From positions 576,001 to 640,000 of the forward strand of contig CAXXVO010000004.1 of NCBI GenBank assembly GCA_963422645.2: a stretch of DNA of 64,000 bases, written 5' to 3'. A program made the translations under genes and the position numbers. Within the stretch, counting starts at the first letter, position 1, and every line of letters starts with the position of its first letter. The notes beneath the pieces are model-generated. The model saw only the letters and a list, made by a program, of their open reading frames with translations. It ran no database searches and was not told where the DNA came from. Shown piece after piece: positions 1-9,786 of the stretch. Source of the DNA: Alphaproteobacteria bacterium (lineage in GTDB: Bacteria > Pseudomonadota > Alphaproteobacteria > UBA828).

Positions 1-1
1 C

Positions 2-1204
2 GTGGGCTATCGCTCCGCCGGCACGGTGGAGTTCGTCGCCGACCAGCAGCGGAACTTCTACTTCCTGGAGATGAATACGCGGCTCCAGGTCGAGCATCCG
101 ATTACGGAGATGGTCACCGGTATCGACCTGGTGGAGCAGCAGATCAGGATCTCTGCCGGCGATCCCCTGTCCTTCAGCCAGGAAGATGTCGGACGGAACG
201 GCTGGGCGATGGAGTGCCGCATCTATGCTGAGGACCCGGCGCGGGGCTTCGTCCCCTCCATCGGTCGCCTCTCGCGCTACCGTGAGCCCGCGGCGAGCGA
301 GACCTGCCGCGTTGACGCCGGTGTAGACGAGGGCTCAGAGATTTCGATGTTTTACGATCCCATGATCGCGAAGCTCGTCACCCACGGCCCCGACCGACCG
401 GCGGCGATCGCCGCCATGCAGGATGCGCTCGATCGCTACGAGATTCGCGGCGTCGCCCACAATGCTGGCTTTCTCAACGCCGTGCTCGGGCGCCCGCGCT
501 TCGCCGAAGGGCGGCTCTCCACGGCCTTCATCGAGGAGGAGTTCGGCGGGCGCTTCGACCCCGCGGCGCTCACAGACGAGGCACGCGCGGTGCTCGTGCC
601 CGTGGCGGCGCTGGTTCACGCGCGGCTCGCGGCTCGCGCGGGGCGTATCTCGGGGCAGATCGAGGGCCTGCCGCCGGTGCGGCATACCGGCGAGTGGGTG
701 GTCGATCTCGGCGCCAGCCGCCACGAGGTGCGCATCGAGGAAGGCGCGGACGGACTCACCGTCGTCGACGGCGAGCGGGGGGTCCCGGTGGCGAGCGACT
801 GGCAGCCCCACGAGAGCCTCTTCATCGGCACCGTAGCCGGCGCTCCCGTCACGATTCAGGTCCGGCGCCGAGGCACGGCGCTCACTCTGCGCTGGCGGGG
901 CTGCGAGGTCAGGGCACATGTGCGCACGCCCCGGGCAGCGGAGCTTGCCGCCACGATGCCGGCGAAGGAGGCGCCCGACCTCTCGCGCTTCCTGCTCTCG
1001 CCCATGCCCGGGCTGGTGGTGGCGCTTCCCGTATCGGAGGGCGACAACGTGCGGGCGGGGCAGCCGCTCGCCATCGTGGATGCCATGAAGATGGAGAACG
1101 TGCTCCGCGCCGAACGCGACGGATGCATCGTCGCGATCAGGGCCAAGGTCGGCGACAGCCTTGCCGCCGACCAGGTCATCATGGAGTTCGCCGAAGAGGA
1201 GTGA
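2..1204 (+). CDS. pccA: Propionyl-CoA carboxylase alpha subunit (biotin carboxylase + biotinyl domain), 5'-truncated by window
   Basis: FLEMNTRLQVEHP and YDPMIAKL biotin-carboxylase motifs; C-terminal SPMPG...AMKMEN biotin-attachment motif. Confidence 0.85.
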   Translation: MGYRSAGTVEFVADQQRNFYFLEMNTRLQVEHPITEMVTGIDLVEQQIRISAGDPLSFSQEDVGRNGWAMECRIYAEDPARGFVPSIGRLSRYREPAASETCRVDAGVDEGSEISMFYDPMIAKLVTHGPDRPAAIAAMQDALDRYEIRGVAHNAGFLNAVLGRPRFAEGRLSTAFIEEEFGGRFDPAALTDEARAVLVPVAALVHARLAARAGRISGQIEGLPPVRHTGEWVVDLGASRHEVRIEEGADGLTVVDGERGVPVASDWQPHESLFIGTVAGAPVTIQVRRRGTALTLRWRGCEVRAHVRTPRAAELAATMPAKEAPDLSRFLLSPMPGLVVALPVSEGDNVRAGQPLAIVDAMKMENVLRAERDGCIVAIRAKVGDSLAADQVIMEFAEEE

Positions 1205-1229
1205 TGCCCGGCCGGCAGTCGACGGGGCG

Positions 1230-1538
1230 TTACTTGTTGGGCGCGGCGATGCGGTGACCGAAGGCGACCATCTCCACTTCGCCGTCGACCATGTGCGCGG
1301 TCCGCTCCATCTGGCGCTTGAGCCACGGGGTTTGCGTGTGGGCGTCGAAATCGGCCTCCTCGACATAGACCTCGTAGAAGATGAAGCGGCGCGGGTCGTC
1401 GCGGTCGACGCTGACCTCGAAGCTGATGCAGCCCGGTTCCTTGGTCACGGTGTTGTTGGCGTGGCGCTTCACCAGCCGGGTGAACTCGGCGACGTGCTTC
1501 TTCTTGATTCTGAGCGTGGCGGCGAGGGTAAAGGGCAT
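1230..1538 (-). CDS. ABM-family (putative quinol) monooxygenase
   Basis: 102 aa; EPGCISFEV...FIFYEVY...AH pattern; GGAGG RBS upstream. Confidence 0.85.
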   Translation of the reverse strand: MPFTLAATLRIKKKHVAEFTRLVKRHANNTVTKEPGCISFEVSVDRDDPRRFIFYEVYVEEADFDAHTQTPWLKRQMERTAHMVDGEVEMVAFGHRIAAPNK

Positions 1539-2220
1539 GAGGTCCTCCCTTGAAGTTCTTGCGGGCGGCGCTAATCACGTAGCGGCGCGGATCATCTCCC
1601 CCGCGCGCTCGCCGATCATAATGCAGGTGGCGTTGAGGTTGGCACTGACGACCGTCGGCATGATCGAGGCGTCGGCGACGTAGAGTCCCTCCATCCCGTG
1701 CACCTTGAGGCCGTCGTCCACCACCGCCATGGGATCATGCCCCATCTTGCAGGTGCCGGCAGGGTGATAGACGCCAATGGCGTTGGCGCGGATGTAGTCG
1801 GTCCACTCGTCGTCGCTCTGCACGTCCCTGCCGGGCAGGTGCTCGCCCACGATGTAGCGCGCGATGGGCTCGCTCTCCAGCACCGTGCGGAAGAAGCGGG
1901 AGCCCAGAATCAGGGTCTCGATGTCGCGCTCGTCGGCGAAGAGGTTGGGCTGGATCGCAGGCTGCTTCAGTGGATCGGCCGAGGCGAGGCGCACCCTACC
2001 GGCCGAATAGGGCCGGTGCAGGTTGGTGAGACCCGTGATCGCAGGCTTTTCGAAGGTAACTGCCCAGGTACCCCCTCTCTCTTATGGAACAAGCCAGTTC
2101 CTTTTGCGTCAACGCCCCCACGCCGCGGGGGTGCCTACTCTCTTGAGCGCGAGAGGATGATGAACGCCGCGTCGCGAACAAGATGAGAGGACAGCGATAC
2201 TCAGGATGAGCCGGAGAAGT

Positions 2221-3759
2221 TCAGGAGCGCAGTATAGGGATCAGCTGCATCGGTTCCGGGTGCGCCAGGATTTGCAGGATGTTCCAGCCTTGCTTTCGAG
2301 CGGTGACGATGACGCTGCGCATTCCGGCGAAGTTGCAGGCGCCTTGCAGGGAGCGGAAGCCGCCTGAGATCTTCTCATGCACTTTGTTCATACGGATGTC
2401 ACGCTCCGCCTCGTTATTCGTGAACGGCGTGCGCAGGTCGGTGAGGAAGCGCAGGCAGCCCTCCTTATGCTTTTGAAGGCGGCGCGCGAGGTTGTGGCCG
2501 ATGCGGCGTTTCTTTCGCCCTCGCTTTGCGATCTGGAGCGGCGGTTGGGCCTCATGGAAGGCGATGGCTTCTTCGAGGATACGGTCCCATGCCCTTGAGA
2601 TGCGGGCCACCAGGGAGGCGGGGACTTGACGGTCTTTCTCACGGGCGAAGCGGGCGGCCCTGCGCGCGCGCTGAAGCAGGCGGTGCATGCTCGCCGCCCA
2701 TTCCTCCTTCTCGATGTCGATCAGGGCCTGGAGTTCGCGCAGGTGATGTGCGTTGCAGGCGCCGTGGCGGACGCCCTTGATGGTGAAGTAGGGGGCGAAG
2801 TCGTCGTGGACGAGGATGCCTTTCAGGTTCTTTTCGACATCGCCGCGTCCCTCGCCGATGCGCAGGACGGTGAGCAACGGGGTGCACAGCACATGGAGCC
2901 AGCGGGTACGGGCGGCGATACGCAGGCCGGTCTCGTCGAGGTGCTTGACCGGCGCCTGCGTGCGGATCAGATCGGCGACATGGTCGAGGAAGCCCTCGAA
3001 GCGCTGCGCTGTGCGCCGGCCCATGGCGGCGATCGTGGCAGTGGAGATGGACACCGCGAAGATGTCGCTCATGAGTTCGGCCAGACGCTTCTCGGGCACG
3101 AACTGGGCGTACAGCAGGTAACTCACCCAAGCGGTGATGCGAGGGCCGTACTGGACCGGGGCGGTGACGCCCGGCGGGAAGGCGGCTCGTGTCAGCGTGC
3201 CGCATGCGCCGCAGAGGCAGCGATGGGCGCGGTGTTCGGTGACCTCGAGAGGCTGCGGCTCGGGTACGTCGAAGACCTGCCGACAGGCGGGCGCGCCTTG
3301 CCGGTCGGCGTCCGAGAGCTCGACGCCACAGCCGGAACAGGTGGAGGGGTGGTGATCGACGACACGGTCCGGGCTGTCGCTCCGCGCGAGGGTGGTTCCC
3401 TTGTGGCCGGGCTGGCCGCCACTGGGCCCGCCGGACTTTCCGCGCTGGCTTTGGGTGCGCCTCTGGGCTCCGCTTTTCTTCTTGAGCCCGTCGCTGGCGG
3501 GGGGCTTGCTGCTTGTGGTGCTGTTGAGGGCCGCGCTGCGCTCGAGTTCGGCGATGCGCTCGCGCAGGGCCGCGTTCTCCTGCTCGAGTGCGGCATTTTC
3601 CCGGGCGAGCGCGGTGGCTGATCGCAGCAGCCCCTGCCCCCATTCCCGGACGGCAACGACGACAGTGGTTGCGAGGGATGATGGCTCGAGAAGCTCCTTC
3701 AGGCAGCAGAAGGCCTCGTTACGGGCGGCGAGGTCTTCGTGCCAGTGCGACACCGTCAC
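2221..3759 (-). CDS. IS66 transposase (TnpC type), ~512 aa
   Basis: Coiled coil, LNSTTSSKPPASDG, CxxC...CxCxxC zinc finger, HLDETG / VHDDF / TNNEAER; GTG start at 3759 overlaps the MTase TGA (GTGA). Confidence 0.92.
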   Translation of the reverse strand: MTVSHWHEDLAARNEAFCCLKELLEPSSLATTVVVAVREWGQGLLRSATALARENAALEQENAALRERIAELERSAALNSTTSSKPPASDGLKKKSGAQRRTQSQRGKSGGPSGGQPGHKGTTLARSDSPDRVVDHHPSTCSGCGVELSDADRQGAPACRQVFDVPEPQPLEVTEHRAHRCLCGACGTLTRAAFPPGVTAPVQYGPRITAWVSYLLYAQFVPEKRLAELMSDIFAVSISTATIAAMGRRTAQRFEGFLDHVADLIRTQAPVKHLDETGLRIAARTRWLHVLCTPLLTVLRIGEGRGDVEKNLKGILVHDDFAPYFTIKGVRHGACNAHHLRELQALIDIEKEEWAASMHRLLQRARRAARFAREKDRQVPASLVARISRAWDRILEEAIAFHEAQPPLQIAKRGRKKRRIGHNLARRLQKHKEGCLRFLTDLRTPFTNNEAERDIRMNKVHEKISGGFRSLQGACNFAGMRSVIVTARKQGWNILQILAHPEPMQLIPILRS

Positions 3760-4421
3760 GTGTCTTCGGCCTCGACGGCCATCATGGCGGCGAGCACGGC
3801 GAGGCGTTCGCCCGGCGGCAAGGCCTGGTAGCGCCGGCCCCAGTTGGCTGCCTTGCGCTTGATGCGCTGGCGGTCGGTGAAGTTCCGGCCTGCGTGGCTG
3901 GCCCAATGCATCCGGTCGGGGGCGTAGTTGAACCAGACGACCTCGGTTCGCACCAGACCCTGGGTCGTGACCTGCAGCGCCAGCCGGCGCCATCCCGCCA
4001 GCACCTCGTCATAGAGCGCCGACGGATGGCCCGAGATCATGACCTGGCAGGGCAGAGCCTTGAGCAGCGCGAGAAGCGCGACGTGGCCGGCCTCCTCGTA
4101 CTCGAAGCGGTAGCGCTGCGCCGAGCGGCGGGTCGCGTGCAGATAGGGCGGATCGCTGTAAACCAGCTCCGGGCCCAGGAACGGGAACGAGGCCAGGAAG
4201 TCATGGGCACAGCCGTGAACCAGATCGACCGGGTAGTCGCAGACGAAGGCCTCGAGCGCCTGCGCATCGCGGTCGATGCCGATCGAACGCACGGCCGGCG
4301 GCTTGCGCTTCATCAGCGCCCCGCCCCCAAGGTGGCTTTCGATGTAGACGGAGTGCGGCGGCATCAGCGCAATCAGCGCTTGGCACAGACCTGCTGTCGC
4401 CTTCGAGCCGAAATACCCCAT
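3756..4421 (-). CDS. Small D12/Dam-like N6-adenine DNA methyltransferase (221 aa)
   Basis: N-terminal YFGSK, motif I ESHLGGGA, motif II IGIDRD, catalytic YSDPPY, C-terminal TEVVWFNY. Confidence 0.85.
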   Translation of the reverse strand: MGYFGSKATAGLCQALIALMPPHSVYIESHLGGGALMKRKPPAVRSIGIDRDAQALEAFVCDYPVDLVHGCAHDFLASFPFLGPELVYSDPPYLHATRRSAQRYRFEYEEAGHVALLALLKALPCQVMISGHPSALYDEVLAGWRRLALQVTTQGLVRTEVVWFNYAPDRMHWASHAGRNFTDRQRIKRKAANWGRRYQALPPGERLAVLAAMMAVEAEDT

Positions 4422-5732
4422 GGACCGCTCCCGTCACGCGAGAGAGCAGTCCATAGTCCCGCAACTCTATGAGGTCAAGAACCAATCGCGGTGGCAGAAC
4501 CAGGCCGCGGCCGCCGCCATAATCACCGTCCTCAACTCAGGATTGGGGTACCTGGGTAGTTACTTTCGAAGACCTCCGGCCCGTCGGCGGTCAGATCGTA
4601 GCCGGCCGGCGAGAAGAGATACTGCACGTGGCTGCGCGACTTGCTGGGGTCGCAGCGTCTGTAGCCGCAAACCTGGGCGATCGGCGTCAGACGCAGGCCC
4701 GGTGCCGGACAGCAGCCACTGGGCACCATAGACAAGCGCGCTGAGTAGCCCGGTTTGCACGTTGTAGGTCTTGCGGTTGACCCACATGGTCTGGCTGATC
4801 CCGGCGTGGTCCTGCATGTTCTCGCCAACGCCAGGCAGGTCGTTGCGCACCTCGATGCCGTGCTCGCGGAGGTGCGCCGCAGGCCCCACGCCGGAGAGCA
4901 TCAGGAGCTGCGGCGAGCCGAAGCTGCCCGCGCAAAGAACAACTGCCTTGGAGGCTGTTGCTCGCCTGCGCTTACCCCGGCGCAGATATTCGACGCCTGT
5001 GGCCCGGGTGCCCTCGAACGTGAGGCCCAGCGCCTGCGCGTGGGTCACGATGCGCAGGTTTGCACGCTCCTTGGCCGGCCAGAGATACGCGCGCGACGTG
5101 CTGTGCCGCCAGCCCTTTCGCTGGCTGGCCTGCATGTAGCCCACGCCCATCTGCGGCGGCAGGTTGATGTCCTCCCGGAACGTCATGCCCGCCTTCACGC
5201 AGCTCTCGATCAAGGCGCGGGAGAGCGGATGCACCGAGCGGATGTGGGAGACAGAAAGCGGGCCGCCGGCGCCACGGTACTCGTTGGCGCCTCCTTCGTA
5301 ATCCTCAAGCCGGCGGAAATAGGGAAGCACGGTCTCGAAGTCCCAGCCGCGACAGCCGAGCGCCGCCCAGCCGTTGTAATCCTCCGGCGCGCCCCGAATG
5401 AACGAGGTGGCGTTGATCGAACTGGTGCCGCCCAGCACCTTGCCGCGCGGCATGTAGTCCTCGCGCCCGTCGCGGGTGGGGTCGGGCTCCGCCATGAAGC
5501 GCCAGTCGTAGCGCGGGTTGGTGATCGCGAACAGCATGGTCGCCGCAGGCATGAGGATGGTGAGGCGGCGGTCCGAACCGCCGGCTTCCAGCAGCAGCAC
5601 CTGCCGCCGCCCGTCCTCCGAGAGGCGCGCAGCGACGACGCTCCCGGCCGAGCCGGCGCCGACCACGATGTAGTCCGCCTGATGCTCGGCCGGCATCGCC
5701 CGGACCGCTCGTCGACGTTAGGCGCCTTCCGA

Positions 5733-6347
5733 TCAGGAGTCGGGAGGCGCCGTCACTTTCTGGATGACCACGGCCTCTTGCGGCACGTCGCTCGGGAACG
5801 GGCCGCCGGGGCCGGTCTGCAACGCGGCGATGCGGTCCACGGTCTCCATGCCGTCGACCACCCGGCCGAACGCGGCATAGCCCCAGCCTTGCGGGTTCTT
5901 GCCACTGTGGTTGAGGAAGTCGTTGTCGGCCACGTTAATGAAGAACTGCGCCGTGGCGGAGTGCGGATCGGCCGTGCGCGCCATGGCGATCGTGCCCCGG
6001 TCGTTGCCGGGCGCATCCGGCGCCTCGTTCTCGATCGGCGCTCGGGTCGACAGCTGCTGGTAACGCTCGTCGTAGCCGCCGCCCTGAATCATGAAGCTCG
6101 CGATAATGCGGTGGAAGATGGTCCCGTCGTAGTGCCCCGCCCGGACGTAAGCGAGGAAGTTCTCGACCGTCTTGGGCGCGGATTCGGGCTCCAGCGCGAC
6201 GGCGAACGAGCCGTGTGAGGTCTCGAAGGTGACGACGGGTTTTGCGCCCTCGTCGGCTTGGGTCTCGGTCTGGTCAGTCATCATGCTCCCCGCCGCGACG
6301 GCAAGCGCGAGAAAGACCGAGAGCCGCCGCAATCTGGATTTGAACAA
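5733..6347 (-). CDS. Cyclophilin-type peptidyl-prolyl cis-trans isomerase with probable signal peptide
   Basis: APKTVENF, FHRII..FMIQGGG, GTIAMART, SATAQFFIN motifs; start uncertain. Confidence 0.92.
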   Translation of the reverse strand: MFKSRLRRLSVFLALAVAAGSMMTDQTETQADEGAKPVVTFETSHGSFAVALEPESAPKTVENFLAYVRAGHYDGTIFHRIIASFMIQGGGYDERYQQLSTRAPIENEAPDAPGNDRGTIAMARTADPHSATAQFFINVADNDFLNHSGKNPQGWGYAAFGRVVDGMETVDRIAALQTGPGGPFPSDVPQEAVVIQKVTAPPDS

Positions 6348-6532
6348 GGCCTTGCTCCCGAATCGTGAAGGTGCGTGCCGGCGCGCAGTCTACACACCGC
6401 GTCCGGAAAGGACAGTTGCGCACCGATACGCTCCGAACGCGGGCCGTGACCGTGGTGAGACATCCGTGGTAGCGTTTTTCCGGATGGGAAGGCTTCCATC
6501 TGCCCGACGCAGACACGCTAAGGGAGGCGCAT

Positions 6533-7960
6533 ATGCGAAATTCAGACCACGATAGCAGAGCCTACGATAGCGCGATGAAGCGCATCAAGCACTTTCGCGA
6601 GCGGGAGCTGACCCGCCGCCAGGTGCTCAAGGCCTCGGCTGCGACCGCGCTCGGCGCGACGCTTGCGGCACAGTTCGTGCCTAAGGAGGTGCATGCCGAT
6701 GTCGGCGGCACCATCGTTCACTTCGCATCGTCCGGCAAACGGCTTGCGAATTCCTTGAGGGCGGTCAAGCCGCTCTTCGACAAGGTGTTTCCCAACGTCG
6801 AGCTCGAAGTCGTGTCCAAGCCGATGAGCGAGGCGCTGACCCAGATCAACACCTACATGCGGTCCAAGAGCGACGCCTTCGACATCATCACCCAGGACCA
6901 CGCCCAGTTCGCAGCGCTCGACGCGATGGGCGCGCTCACAGACCTCGGCCCCTATCTGGAGCCCTTCCCGGACTGGCTCGCGGACTACGAGGAGGACGTG
7001 CCGGAGAATTATCGGCACATGTGGAATCTGCCGAAGGGGCCGGCCCCGCCAGGGTACATCGCAGCGCTCGCGCCGGACGGCAACGCGATGATGACCTTCT
7101 ACCGCAAGGACGTCTTCGAGAAGGCCGGCATTTCCCCGCCGTTGACCTGGGACGACGTGATCGACGCCTGCAAGGAGATCCACGACCCGGCCAATGAGCG
7201 CTACGCCTACTGCGCGGCGATGGCGCGCAGCTTCTGGGCCGGCTACCAGTTCTTCGGTGCTCTACGCGGCATGGGCGGTGCCGTCTTCACCGACGAGGAG
7301 AACAAGGACTATACGGTGACTCTGGAGAGCGAGGAGTCCTTCCAGGCCCTGAAGGTCCTGGTCGAGCTCCAGAAGTACGCACACCCGGTCTCCGCCAACG
7401 CCGGCGAGGACGAGGTCAACCAGGTGTTCGCCCAGGGCACGGCGCTCTACAGCCCACTCACCTGGGGCACCGCGGTGCTCAACGACCCGACGTACACGGA
7501 CCTGCACGAGCACTGGCACATGGACCTCTCGCCGAGGGGCACCGGGCCCAACGGCGCGCACCGCGCGCTCGCCGGTGGCTTCGGCCAGTTCATGCCGACC
7601 TTCGGCGGCAATCGGGAAACCGCGTTCGCCTGGATCAAGTTCCTCAACTCGGGCGACCGGGAGGATCTCGACGGCAGTCCGCTCATCGCGGATGCGATCG
7701 TGGGTGCTGGTGGCCAGCTCTCGCGCCGCTCGACGCTCAGCCGCTGGGCGGACCGCAAGCCCTTCTTCGTCGGCCTGATGAAGGCGTATCCGGTCTCCGT
7801 GGTCAACACGCCCACGGTGCCGGAGGCCTATGCCATCATGGGCGCCATGGGCGAGGAGGTGGCCGACGCGGTCAACGAGGAGCAGAGCATCGAAGACGCG
7901 ATGGCGGCCATGAGCAAGCGGGTTTACCGCATCATGGAGGACAGCGGCTACTATTCGTGA
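6533..7960 (+). CDS. CUT1-type ABC transporter substrate-binding protein, Tat-exported
   Basis: LTRRQVLK twin-arginine signal; FYRKDVFEKAG..P.TWDD motif; precedes two permeases and an ATPase. Confidence 0.85.
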   Translation: MRNSDHDSRAYDSAMKRIKHFRERELTRRQVLKASAATALGATLAAQFVPKEVHADVGGTIVHFASSGKRLANSLRAVKPLFDKVFPNVELEVVSKPMSEALTQINTYMRSKSDAFDIITQDHAQFAALDAMGALTDLGPYLEPFPDWLADYEEDVPENYRHMWNLPKGPAPPGYIAALAPDGNAMMTFYRKDVFEKAGISPPLTWDDVIDACKEIHDPANERYAYCAAMARSFWAGYQFFGALRGMGGAVFTDEENKDYTVTLESEESFQALKVLVELQKYAHPVSANAGEDEVNQVFAQGTALYSPLTWGTAVLNDPTYTDLHEHWHMDLSPRGTGPNGAHRALAGGFGQFMPTFGGNRETAFAWIKFLNSGDREDLDGSPLIADAIVGAGGQLSRRSTLSRWADRKPFFVGLMKAYPVSVVNTPTVPEAYAIMGAMGEEVADAVNEEQSIEDAMAAMSKRVYRIMEDSGYYS

Positions 7961-7995
7961 GTGCGTGAGGCCGGGGGCTCCCCGGAGCCTCGACC

Positions 7996-8961
7996 GTGAC
8001 GGACGTTAGCATCGAGGCCCGGCCGCTGCGGGCGGCCGGGCCGCCACGGTCCGGGCGGCCGGGCGGTGTCGCGCGCCAGCAGCGGCGCACGGCCTACCTG
8101 CTGCTCGCGCCCTGCGTGATCGTGCTGTTGGCGCTCGCGATCTTTCCACTGATCTTCTCGGGCACGCTCTCCTTCAAGGTCGATCCGCTCTACAACCCCG
8201 ACGTCGCGCGCTTCGTCGGCTGGCGCAACTACAACGACCTGTTCGAGGACCACCGTTTCTGGAGCAGCATCCGGCTCACGGTGATGTGGGCCGTCGTCAC
8301 CGTCTCGATTCAGATGGTTCTCGGCTTCCTCCTCGCCGTGCTGCTCGACCGCAAGATGCGGGGTGCCGGCCTCCTGCGCACGCTCATCATCATCCCGGTC
8401 TTCATTTCGCCGATCGCCATGGGGCTCACCTGGCGCTTCATCTTCGAGCCGGTCTCGGGGCTTGCCAACTGGATCCTCAACAGCGGCTTCGGGCTCGAGA
8501 AGTGGACCTGGCTCTCACACAAGGACACCGCGCTCGCCACGCTGATGTTCGTCGACTGCTGGCAGTGGACGCCCTTCATCGCACTGATTCTGCTCGCTGG
8601 CATGCAGAGCATCTCGCCTGAGATCACGGAGGCTGCACGGCTCGACCGTGTGCGCGGTGTCACCTATTACTCGCGCATCGTGCTTCCGCTGATCCGCCCG
8701 GTCATCATGGTGGTGATCCTGATCCGGCTGGTGGATGCGATCCGAATCTTCGATCTCAACTTCATCATGACCAAGGGCGGGCCTGGATCGGCGACTCTGC
8801 TCGCCAGCGTCTATGACTACACCATCTTCGAGCAGGGCCATCTCGGCCTGATGGCGGCCTACGGGTTCCTGATTCTAATTCTGATTAACGTCGTGGTCGT
8901 CGCGTTCCTCAACACGCTCTACCGAACGGAGAAGGCGGCGCGCGCCGCCGACCGACCATGA
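7996..8961 (+). CDS. Carbohydrate ABC transporter permease
   Basis: Multi-TM; WQWTPF...EAARLD EAA loop; T.GGPG. Confidence 0.9.
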   Translation: MTDVSIEARPLRAAGPPRSGRPGGVARQQRRTAYLLLAPCVIVLLALAIFPLIFSGTLSFKVDPLYNPDVARFVGWRNYNDLFEDHRFWSSIRLTVMWAVVTVSIQMVLGFLLAVLLDRKMRGAGLLRTLIIIPVFISPIAMGLTWRFIFEPVSGLANWILNSGFGLEKWTWLSHKDTALATLMFVDCWQWTPFIALILLAGMQSISPEITEAARLDRVRGVTYYSRIVLPLIRPVIMVVILIRLVDAIRIFDLNFIMTKGGPGSATLLASVYDYTIFEQGHLGLMAAYGFLILILINVVVVAFLNTLYRTEKAARAADRP

Positions 8962-9779
8962 TGTCGTCGATCTACATGCGCGCAATCAATGTGCTCGCGG
9001 TGGTCGTCGTCATCATCTGGCTGCTTCCGGTGGCGTGGGTAGCGCTCAATTCGGTCAAGCCGACCAATGTCATCAATGCCGAGACGCCGACCTTCTATTC
9101 GTTCGAGCCGACCGGCGAGCACTATGTCGAAATCTTCGATCGCTTCCTCTTCGACCGGGCGATCCTGAACAGCCTGATTACGGTTGGCGTCTCGACCCTA
9201 ATCGTGATGATTCTGGCGCTGCCTGCAGCTTACGCAGTGGCGCGCATGGGGCTCATGGGGGGCGATACCTGGGCCCTTGTCATATTGTCATTGCGATTTA
9301 TGCCCGGGGTGGTCGTCGTGCTGCCCTACTTCAAGATGGCCAACTGGTTCAGCTTGATCGACACGCAGATTGTTCTCATCGTCGTCTATGTCGCCTTCGG
9401 ACTGCCCTTCGCGGTCTGGATTCTGCGCGGATTCCTGCTCGATTTGCCGAAAGAGGTGGAGGAGGCAGCCCGGCTCGACGGGCTGAGCTGGCTGCAGATC
9501 ATCTTCCGCCTCATTCTGCCGATGGCCGCACCCGGCATCGCAGTCACAGCCATCTTCACCTTCGTCTTCAGTTGGAATGAATATCTCTACGCGCTGTTCC
9601 TCACCTACGACAAAGCGACGACGATGCCGGTCGCACTGCAAAAGACCATCGACCTCTACAACGTATTATGGGGTTCGCTCAGCGCCGGCGCGGTGATACA
9701 GCTATTGCCGATGATCGCCGTCGTGTTCCTCCTCCAGCGACACATCGCGCGCGGCCTCGCGCTCGGCGCGGTGAAATAG
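8958..9779 (+). CDS. Carbohydrate ABC transporter permease (MalG type)
   Basis: EVEEAARLDG EAA loop; FVFSWNEY. Confidence 0.9.
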   Translation: MMSSIYMRAINVLAVVVVIIWLLPVAWVALNSVKPTNVINAETPTFYSFEPTGEHYVEIFDRFLFDRAILNSLITVGVSTLIVMILALPAAYAVARMGLMGGDTWALVILSLRFMPGVVVVLPYFKMANWFSLIDTQIVLIVVYVAFGLPFAVWILRGFLLDLPKEVEEAARLDGLSWLQIIFRLILPMAAPGIAVTAIFTFVFSWNEYLYALFLTYDKATTMPVALQKTIDLYNVLWGSLSAGAVIQLLPMIAVVFLLQRHIARGLALGAVK

Positions 9780-9786
9780 GGCCGCC

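Larger units (their letters stand above)
2056..4563 (-). mobile_element. IS66-family element (2508 bp) carrying a passenger DNA methyltransferase
   Basis: 19-bp terminal IRs GTAACTGCCCAGGTACCCC / GTAACTACCCAGGTACCCC (18/19); 8-bp TSD TTTCGAAG at 2048-2055 and 4564-4571. Confidence 0.95.
1575..5696 (-). pseudogene. GMC oxidoreductase (choline dehydrogenase-like), split by IS66 and with a frameshift near 4688
   Basis: N-part has GAGSAG and RGKVLGGTSSIN; C-part has YHPAGTCKMG and DASIMP. Removing 2056-4563 plus one TSD gives the continuous reading ...EVFEKPAITGLTNLHRPYSAGRVRL... Confidence 0.9.

Noticed and set aside
1078-1098. DAMKM instead of EAMKM biotin motif
   Set aside because: Conservative change; the biotinylated Lys is intact.
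3760-3993. N-terminal 78 aa of the 590-aa IS66 ORF
   Set aside because: It overlaps the MTase in another frame and has low-complexity composition; the GTG at 3759 is the more plausible start.
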